Assembly (NCBI GenBank): GCA_951406725.2
Contig: OX597820.1
Span: 122,760,001-122,824,000, forward strand
Origin: Octopus vulgaris
Taxonomy: Eukaryota
Length of the DNA stretch: 64,000 nt
Direction: 5' to 3'
Shown: in pieces, positions 54,789 to 64,000 of the stretch
How positions within the stretch are numbered: position 1 is the stretch's first letter
How the letters are laid out: each line of letters opens with the position of its first letter
Translations under genes and position numbers: made by a program
Notes under the pieces: generated by a model
What the model saw: only the letters and a program-made list of their open reading frames with translations
The model's database searches: none
Told to the model about the DNA's origin: nothing

Positions 54789-55177
54789 TTGTGTGTGCGT
54801 GTGTGTGTGCAAATAGCTACAAAACCGTGGCCTTGTACTCTGGAACCTTTGACAGATTTAGTCAACAACATATCCTGTCGGAAGTAACGTGCTAGAATTG
54901 TCTTTCGTAGCGTGAACACCTGAAACCGATCTCCGCTTTACGTTATTATTGCCGTCAGTGTTGCTATCCAAACGGTGTCTTGGGACGATGTTAAGCGAGA
55001 CTCACTAAGCCGGGGCCGATCAAACCAAAGCCAATTAGATCCTGATCTATTCGCAGTTCTATGCAAACACACGCATACACACATTTATGTATATCCCTCT
55101 GCACACATTCACTGACTGTGCATATTTACATATGTAAATATGTATATACATATAAACACATATATGTATTCGTTGAA

Positions 55178-55227
<50 letters not shown>

Positions 55228-55946
55228 GTATGTGTGTATGAATGAATGTATAAACATATTCATAACTACATAGATATGTACATACTTGCATATATAAATA
55301 TATGCATACATAAATTCACATACAACGTTTTGTATGATCATATGAACGTAAGAATGTATATGTATGAGTATATGTATATGCGTGTGTGTATACATATACA
55401 TGTTTAAGTCGGCCCAGCGACAGATTAGAAGCGTGCTCGACTATGAATGAAGAAGCAAGATTTCTTCTCTCTTTTACTATTTACACACACACACACACAT
55501 ACACACACGCGCGCATATATACGTCAATACATACAGACTCATACGTGTCTGCTTTATAGGTCTTTAGTAATGTGGAGTGAGCCGTGTGTGTGTGTGTGTG
55601 CGCTCGTGTATGTGTGTAGAGAGATATTGTTATATTTGCGATGTATAGTGAAGGTGCTACTTATTGTCAGCCAATGGAATCATTTTACATCCCTATATTA
55701 AAATTATACACACGCCGATTCACAGACTCACATTTACGCACACACACACACACTCGCCTACGCCTCTATAATAGCTGATCGCCCAAAAATATAAACGCTA
55801 AAGCACTTACTGCGAGCGTATAACTGAACTATCTCTAAATTAAGCTCTTATTACTTATTTATAGACGGAAACCCCGGGGGGTATTGAATATTTTAGAGAA
55901 CGGGCGTGATCGGGCAATTTCCGAATCAGTGCATTGCACATAAAAT

Positions 55947-55985
<39 letters not shown>

Positions 55986-56220
55986 CTAACATACGTACAT
56001 ACAAACATACAAATGTATAAAAAAAATGCTTCCTTCCACTCATGCCCTCCCCACATACACATGCTCATTATACCCCTTTATACGCAAACACGACTACACA
56101 CACAAACACACACATGAAAGAACGAATAATTGAATGCGAACACAAAATATTCAGATCGATATTCAATAGAGAAGATATTTTCCTTGCCTTTTCTTGTCCG
56201 TTCGCCCATTTAGACACCGT

Positions 56221-56391
56221 CTATCTATCTATTTATCTGTCTGTCTATCTGTCTGTCTGTCTATCTATCTATTTATCTGTCTGTCTATCTGTTTGTCTGT
56301 CTGTCTGTCTATCTATTTATATGTCTGTCTATCTATCTATCTATTTGTTTATCTGTCTGTCTATCTATCTACCTATCTATTTATTTATCTG

Positions 56392-56470
<79 letters not shown>

Positions 56471-56556
56471 GTCTATCTATCTGTCTGTCTGTATGTCTTC
56501 TGTCTGTCTGTTTATCTATCTGCTTCCACTTCTTCTAGACATGTGTGTGTGTGTGA

Positions 56557-56587
<31 letters not shown>

Positions 56588-56630
56588 TGTGTGAGTGTGT
56601 GTGTATGTGTGTGTGTATGTGTGTGTGTAG
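56221..56630. repeat. (CTAT/CTGT)n and (TG)n microsatellites
   Basis: Directly visible. Confidence 0.95.
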
Positions 56631-57289
56631 GTTTGGTGATTCCAACATGAAAATAAAACTCAAAACATGAATCTATGCATAAATACCTTTTTATTTTCTT
56701 TATTAATAATCGTCAGAAGTCACCGATTGACTCAATAGCCTAGAGTTCCGTGAGTTAGTACTTACCAAAGTTCGATAAGTGGATGGCAGACTCTGGTTAA
56801 CATTCCCGAAGCAAATTCAGTAGAAAAGTATTTAATGCTTTTGATGTCAACTGGTCAGTGAATGTTGACACTAAATTGACAAGAGACAATAAAGAACAAC
56901 TTGAAAGGGAAACAATTTCAAAATCTGCCATTTTTTTTTTTTGTACAGGTTCAGAACTTACATTTGTGTATATAATCATTGCTGAGTGCATTTACTTGTA
57001 TTAGGAAATGTCTCAGGTAAATAAAGAGAATAGTCATTGTGCAAAGTCGGTCAGTAAACGTAGCAAGGAAAGTATTCTTGACCTGCCTACAATTCGTCAC
57101 ACAACTTGATTCTACTCTGATTTAAATTTCAATGACAGGGATTTGTTCTTTCGATAGTGACGGATAGACATACACACACACACACATACATACATACACG
57201 CATACACACACACATACATACATACATACATACATACATACATACATACATACATACATACACACATACATGCATACATGCATACACAC

Positions 57290-58345
57290 ACATTACAAAC
57301 CGTTCAGTGTTACAGAAACTTTAACATCAATGGAGGTGTAGACATGCTATGCTTCTCACGCAAGGATGGTGGACGTGGTCTCAAATCTGAACTAATGTCG
57401 TATGAAGCACGAATTGTGACAGTGAAACATCACTGCAAAAGGGGAAGAGAGCTGTTACTATGTTGCCCAAGTTTGTGACCACGCAACCAATAACATAATT
57501 AAAACAGCTAATGAACTTGAGGAGAGATATGAGATAAGAACTGATGTAGATTTCTCCCCAAGGAGCATTAGTAAAACTACTTATCAGAACAACAGAAGGA
57601 AAAAGTGAACCGGTTAACCGAGAAGATAGTAGATGGGTAAATAGAGCGCAAAAACCATAGAAGGGGCAGATCATGTTAACAGCTTGGCATGGAGTACCGA
57701 TAAGTTTATGGCATCCCACTTTGAAGGCTACATCATGCAATCCAAGAACCAGAGATCCCCACCATTTACCTACAACATAAAAGGCAAAAAAACTTTGACA
57801 GTCAACAAATGTAGGCTGTGCAAACCAAGATGGAAGACAGCAACCACATTATTGCCAACTGTGAGAGAACGTTTTCCAGATATTATCATCCCATGACACG
57901 CTAGCCAGAACGGCCATAGGATAACAAAAAGGAGAAAACCTATAAACGAAGTTGACCATATTGAGGGCGATGGGTCAAAAGAATACTGGTGAAACCTGAA
58001 ATTTAAGCATCTACCAACTAAAAATATAATCGGCCAGATATTGTTGTGTGAGATAACAAAAAACAAGTCATGTTCGGTCATGGAATTCGGCTGGCCTCTG
58101 GACACGAATGTGGTTTGAAAAATACAAGAGAAAGATGACATCTATGGACTATTGAGAAGGGGTTTAGAAATCCAGTACCCGAGATACAGTTTCAGCTTCA
58201 TATCCATAATCATTGGAGCAAAAGGGTACATACAAACCCGTCTGGAGTAAAGTATAGCTGAACTTGGAATCTTGGGGAGAGAATGCAAATCCTTAATTCA
58301 TAATGATCATGATATCTGGGACTATAAGAATCTTCGTAAGATTTA
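57290..58345 (+). mobile_element. degenerate R4-type (RLE) LINE 3' portion
   Basis: SRKDGGRGLK, NKCRLCK, NRPDILL, EFGWPLD and IIIGAKGY across broken frames. Confidence 0.75.
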
Positions 58346-58429
58346 AAAGATGGCGGTTAAATCAGGATACTTACCTTTACAACTTTGCTACCAAGTCGGA
58401 GGCTGGTCAAAATTAAAAAGAGAAAGAGA

Positions 58430-58462
<33 letters not shown>

Positions 58463-58465
58463 TAC

Positions 58466-58514
<49 letters not shown>

Positions 58515-58587
58515 TATGTAGGTCCCGGGTTGAGTCGGGGTTAACCACAGTAAATAAGGTACTCAATACATAGCAGAGTAAATTAAT

Positions 58588-58667
58588 TTATTTTATAGAA
58601 GAGGCTTCTACAGGACTAGAACTGTTTCATTCAAATGAAATCATCAGGAAGCTTGCTGTCAAAATAA
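58588..58667 (-). ncRNA. type I hammerhead ribozyme motif with canonical core
   Basis: Minus strand reads gcttc-CTGATGA-t ttc attt gaa t-GAAA-cag ttctagtc ctg-TA-gaagc. Helix I is extended by ttatttt/aaaataa. It sits in a ~330-bp insert (58519-58848) between TA microsatellites. Confidence 0.75.
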
Positions 58668-59031
58668 GTTTTGGCATTTATACATTTAGGCATGTTTAAT
58701 GGGGTGGTGGTGGGGGACATTTTTTTGGGTAAGCAGGGCACAAACTGTCTTTCTTAGGGGAGTGGTCAAAAGAATCAGTGATAAAGTAAATAAATGAATA
58801 AATAGAATAATTGAATAGAGTTTTAGGTAAATAAGAAGACTATCGCCTATATATATATACATACATATATACATACATACACATACGTACTCACACATAC
58901 ACATACATACACACACACATATATATACATACACACATATATACAAATACACATACACATACATGCCAACACGCAAACCCACGCACACATATATTAACAC
59001 ATATATAAATAAATATACACACCCATACACG

Positions 59032-59073
<42 letters not shown>

Positions 59074-59559
59074 TGATTACGTACATGCATGGATGTATGT
59101 ACCTAATTAAATGATCTGACAGTCATGAAAAGGCACACCAGAACAACAATTTACCTACATATTTGGAAGGCAGAACTGTCGAATTAAAGCAACAAACCGG
59201 TGTAAACGCAACGGGGTGAATATTGTTCAATGGGAATTAAAGTTATTGACTGCTTCACGACTCAACAACCCAACCACTGTAAATATCCTGTGTAAAATTG
59301 TGGATAGAAGAATATTTATGTTAATAGTCTGCAGCACTTATATTTTCTTGAAGTACCGCATAAATTCCAGCTATAGATATAATTGGTGCACTGAACATAA
59401 AATCTGAAAATACTAGGATTGTCCAAAACAATCGGATTGGAATTTATATCTTTCATCCCCTCTTAGTTAACGATACGAGGAAATTTTGTAAAACGTTGCT
59501 AATAGATTTCTTTTGAGTTATATAGCAAAGATATATATATATATATCAATGTATAAAAA

Positions 59560-59705
59560 ATACAAACTGGGACATGAACACAAGACATTTTGATGAAGAC
59601 ACAAAAAACACGGACGGGACATTCGAAGCCTTCAATCTTCAGTCAAGAACCGGATCATCCTCGCAATTTCGGCTGATTAATCTTGAGATTGCTCCAATCT
59701 GGCCA

Positions 59706-59708
<3 letters not shown>
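59560..59708. repeat. dispersed repeat fragment in (TA)n, also at about 26172-26270
   Basis: AATCTTCAGTCAAGAACCGGATCATCCTCGCAATT is shared by both loci, each flanked by TA microsatellite. Confidence 0.8.
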
Positions 59709-59751
<43 letters not shown>

Positions 59752-59970
59752 ATCACTTATATTCATGTGGCATACATGCATAAATAAACAGCTTGCATAC
59801 ATGCATCCTGAAGAGATATACGCCTACCGAACGAATGCAAGAACATCCAAGTATGCCTCGCCACAGACATGTATATTAACTGGTTTTGTTTGTCAGAAAG
59901 TGAATTTTACAATAAAATTTAGAAATACATGTGTATATGCAAACATGTAAACATGCACACATTCATACAC

Positions 59971-60045
<75 letters not shown>

Positions 60046-60138
60046 AATATAGGGTGAAATTAATTAATCTGGAATAATCATTAATTTCAGCAAGTAGATT
60101 TCGGCATGTAAAAGCCCCATTCAAGGAAGGTTTAAGTA

Positions 60139-60364
60139 ATACTAAGTAATTAAGGGTTTAGCAACGATTTGCCTCACCACACACCGAATTTAGAAATAGC
60201 AGTCAAAAAGTTATGGCTATTCTTTCTACTTAAAAAGGAGATCCCATGCTGTGGTTTTACTGGGATCTCCCTTTTAAGTAGAAAAGAATAGCCATAACTT
60301 TTGACTGCTATTTCTAAATTCGGTGTGTGGTGAGGCAAATCGTTGCTAAACCCTTAATTACTTA

Positions 60365-60368
<4 letters not shown>
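60139..60368. repeat. long inverted repeat (two 108-bp arms, 14-nt loop)
   Basis: 60139-60246 is the near-perfect reverse complement of 60261-60368. Confidence 0.93.
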
Positions 60369-60400
<32 letters not shown>

Positions 60401-60826
60401 GCATTACTAGGTTCATACATAAGGCATGGCGGTCGTCAACTCGATTATTGTCTATATATGTCTGTTTCAGTTAAATTAGTTCTCGCTCAAGTGCCCTTAT
60501 ATCTATGTATAAGAATTGATTGAAATATTCTATGACATACATAGAACAGAATTTGGAAATGGACCTTATCAACAGCGGCTCCATATGAGTGTATTCTCGA
60601 ACATGGATATTTCATCCAGTTGTACATGAGCACACCTTTGACCGTTAAGGGTTTCCTTACTCATTTGGAGCCAACGAAACAAATATGCTCATAAACATGT
60701 TGTATTGGTCTCCTGATGCGCGAATTTGATGAATCACAAAAGTAGAATTTTAAAGTGTAATGTAACCACAAACGGAGTAGAGGAGATCCCGTTTGGATTT
60801 TTTACTGTGAAGAATCACGAGCATGC

Positions 60827-61128
60827 TTGTTCCTTCTCGAGTCATGCCTGGCTCATTAGGGCCGGTTTCCCGGTTTCTTGGCGTATAGGTTCCCCATCTG
60901 GACGGGACGCCGGTCCATCGGAGGTGAGCTGCAAGATGCAGGAGGAAAGAGTGAGAGAAAGTTGTGGCGAAAGAGTCAGCAGAAGTCTCGCCATTACCTT
61001 CTGCCGGAGCTGCGTGGAGCTTAGGTGTTTCGCTCATAAACACACATCATCATCTGGTCTGAGATTCGAACCCACGATCCCTCGAACACGAGTCCGCTGC
61101 TCTAACCACTAGGCCATGTGCCTCCACA
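60827..61128 (-). mobile_element. tRNA-derived SINE related to family D, with a different 3' tail
   Basis: Head GTGGAGGCACATGGCCTAGTGGTTAGAGC with B box GGTTCGAATC. TSD CACGAGCATGC at 60816-60826 and 61129-61139. Confidence 0.88.
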
Positions 61129-61991
61129 CACGAGCATGCAGTTTATGGAATTAAGCTTTTAGTTTCCACTGTTTTGCAGGGTAGTTATAATTTCTAAAAT
61201 TGTAGGCAGCTCTTCCTAGTGTTTATTTGAAATATCAAAGAACTTAGGCGAGTATCATCATTTACTTCTATTGCATGGGAAATATTCTCCCTTAATAAGA
61301 CCTTTATGTCAACTTTTCTGGTATCATAAAATCGCTTTAAATGTTTTGTTGCTGGCGCTTACTGGCAACTAATTCGCAAGAAAATAAGTGCGTGGGAAAC
61401 CTGAAGTCAATAAGGATGACATGAGCAACCAATTGGCTTCAATATTGGACAGGGTACGTATCCATAATCATACAACACACCTACTGCAAAAGTTTTGTGT
61501 TCAATGGGAAAAAAATTCAAACTAAGGTTTAGTTTGTCTTAAAGACTTCTGGTGATGTGTTCGAGGATTTTGATGTTCATGTCTCAGATGAGAAGAGCAG
61601 AATTGTGTTGAACAGCAGACGTATGAGGAACAGCAAAATTTGTATTTTATCTTTCTAATCGTGTGAAGTGGGTGAATCATTCATCACACTGACAATGTCT
61701 TAAATCACAAGATCAACAGCCACAATATATCCGCAGCCCCCACTCAATAGATATTCCACAAATCCTAGAATCATTCAGAATTGATCTTGTTAATGACAAC
61801 CTTGAATTTATGTTAACTTTACTCTACATTTACTCGATATGATGATACTGTGGAAGAAGTCTTCTCTCCCATTCTAATCTACCGTGAATGGGTTGTGAAA
61901 CGAAATATATAGAAATAAACAAAATAGTAATATACGCACATACATATATGCAAATATGTGTGTGTGTGTACAACTATACACACTGACACAC

Positions 61992-62039
<48 letters not shown>

Positions 62040-62649
62040 AAATACATATGAGCATATATAATTATCTATATCCTAGTATATATTACTGCTTGTTGTTTAT
62101 GTTCAGTTATAATAAAAACAAATTGACGTTAATCTGAAAGGTTTTATAGAGTACAAATTTGTTATTCTTAAACAAGGCAGTCGGACGATGGTTTATCTGG
62201 CCGAAACTTCGAAACCACTGGAGAATGTTTCCGACGATGCTTTTGCTATGCCAGTACCTATACTAAAATTTGGGCTAAATGATTGGATGCTAGATGAAAA
62301 GCGGGTTATTGAAGTTAAAGCCCAAAAGTTGTTAAAATGTTCAGAGACTTTACACATTAACGGGAATGTAAGACAACCTGTCCTTAAAATGTAAACGAAC
62401 CAGAAGGGGCTTGACGACGATCCAAAAGTATTTAAAAGTCGAATCATATCCTTTCAACATCTACAAATAATGAAACGTTGAAGTCCTTACATGGTTCAGA
62501 TCTACATACGTAAAAACGATAACATGATGAGGGTTAGAGAAAAGCTTCTTGGAAAGTAATTTAAGATATAAAACCACCAGAGAAATAACTCAACTACAAC
62601 ATCACATCTTCAGAAAGGGAATCTGTGTAGCTACCGGCAGAAGCTCATT

Positions 62650-63305
62650 CATGCCTATACTATCAATGGTTTTCAAGGAGCCAATTTTACCTGTCTTAGA
62701 AGCAATGCATTTAAATAAAGAAAAAAAGTGATTCAATTGAAATTAGTTAAATGGACAAATACATCTAATACCGAGGCATTCTGGCTGGATGTCTTGGAAT
62801 ATAAAGATGCTAGTGGGGGAAATCCTTTTAGAGATGTTGCAAATTTTGCCCTTAATTTATTGACATTGACAAACTCAAATGCAGAAGTTGAATTGTTGTT
62901 CAGTAGTATGGGAGTAATCAAATCAAAATTGAAAAACAAAATGCGTCTTCCTATGCTTAGATTAATACTGTCTATAGAATATGGCCTGAAAAGATATGGC
63001 AAATGTTGCAAAAACTTCGATATTCCAAAACACATGATTAATAAGATTGGGACCTTGAATTTATACAGAAGTCAATACCTAGGCACTGCAGCTGGAAGGG
63101 ATCAAATCGGTGAAATTCAAGAGATTATTTCTCAATGCTGAATATAATTAAAGAAAGTAAATCTAAATATAAGTAAAACTTAAGCTTTTTGATATAATTA
63201 GTCTTTAGCATTTTTTTCTTATTATTAAGCATTTTAAAGCATTTTTTTTTGGAATTTTTCTATTGAAATTTAGCATAAATTTGTGATTTTAAGTTGGCAA
63301 CACTA
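62650..63305 (+). mobile_element. hAT-like transposon 3' remnant (C-terminal dimerisation-type domain)
   Basis: FWLDVLEYKDASGGNPFRDVANFALNLLTLTNSNAEVELLFSSMGVIKSKLKNKM. Candidate terminus GTTGGCAACACTA near 63293-63305. Confidence 0.7.
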
Positions 63306-63719
63306 ATGAGACATAAACGTGAATGTAGGTTGATAAGAGTTATGAAATTACACGTTGGAACGTAAAATAAGTTTGTGAAGTGATATAAAGTGTATAGTGA
63401 AATTGGCAACCATCTTGCACTCACATTATATCTTTCCCCACCGTCTTTCCCGCTTTCTTTAGATGTGTTTATGATATCGTATTTGCAGTAATCGACGTCT
63501 ATGCAATGTATGTAAGCATCCGGTTGCATGTATGCACTTGCGTATATACATGATATGTATAGGTACATGATATGTATGTATGAACATATTTACACAAATC
63601 TAACAAAAAATGAGTTAAGACAAATATCTGAGGGTAGCCAGTGTTATGAATATGGAGAACATGCACGCATACAGGTATATCAAATATGATAAAACATAAA
63701 TTCTTGATGTCCGCCTCTA

Positions 63720-63950
63720 ACTTCTTTATTGTCCACAAGGGGCTAAACATAGAGGGGACAAACAATTACAGACAAACGGATTAAGTCGATTACATTGACC
63801 CCAGTGCGTAACTGGTACTTATTTAATAGACCCCAAAAGGATGAAAGGTAAAAATCGACCTCGGCGGAATTTGAACTCAGAACGTAGCGGCAGACGAAAT
63901 ACTGCTAGGCATTTCGACCGGCGTGCTAACGTTTCTGCCAGCCAGCCGCC
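63720..63950 (-). mobile_element. SINE family C
   Basis: Full-length match to 221-449. Confidence 0.88.
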
Positions 63951-64000
63951 TCTTGGTGTGTCACAGTTAGCAAATGGCGGTTGAATGCAGCTCCATATGA

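Noticed and set aside
55867-55922. Two NF-kB-like sites (GGAAACCCC, GGGCAATTTCC)
   Set aside because: Short, imperfect motifs expected by chance, with no supporting context.
59610-59650. Hammerhead core (minus-strand CTGAAGA...GAAT), also near 26240
   Set aside because: GAAA is incomplete and no helix I pairing could be found.
60085-60130. Degenerate hammerhead (minus-strand TTGAATG-ggc..gcc-GAAA)
   Set aside because: Several core mismatches and no helix I or III. At most a decayed relic.

Overview
AT-rich, microsatellite-dense eukaryotic non-coding DNA, most likely cephalopod (Octopus-like). That assignment is inferred from the tRNA-derived SINE families and the TA/TACA/CTAT repeat landscape and was not confirmed by a search. 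I found no intact host protein-coding gene, rRNA, genuine tRNA or CRISPR array. The window is a mosaic of decayed mobile elements: R4/Dong-type (restriction-like endonuclease) LINEs, CR1-type LINEs, a piggyBac relic, a hAT relic, three Helitrons, several MITEs, at least four SINE families and Penelope-like fragments. Four observations stand out. (1) Hammerhead-ribozyme cores occur in three unrelated repeat contexts (about 13.2 kb, 26.7/27.4 kb and 58.6 kb). (2) A 12-unit array at 30.07-32.28 kb consists of a fixed ~146-bp 3' end of a Dong/R4-like LINE alternating with variable (ATT)n spacers, and all units share one frameshift. (3) One SINE family repeatedly joins its own copies at the same internal site. 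(4) A CpG-rich promoter-like island lies at about 19.5-19.8 kb. All coordinates and folds were read by eye.
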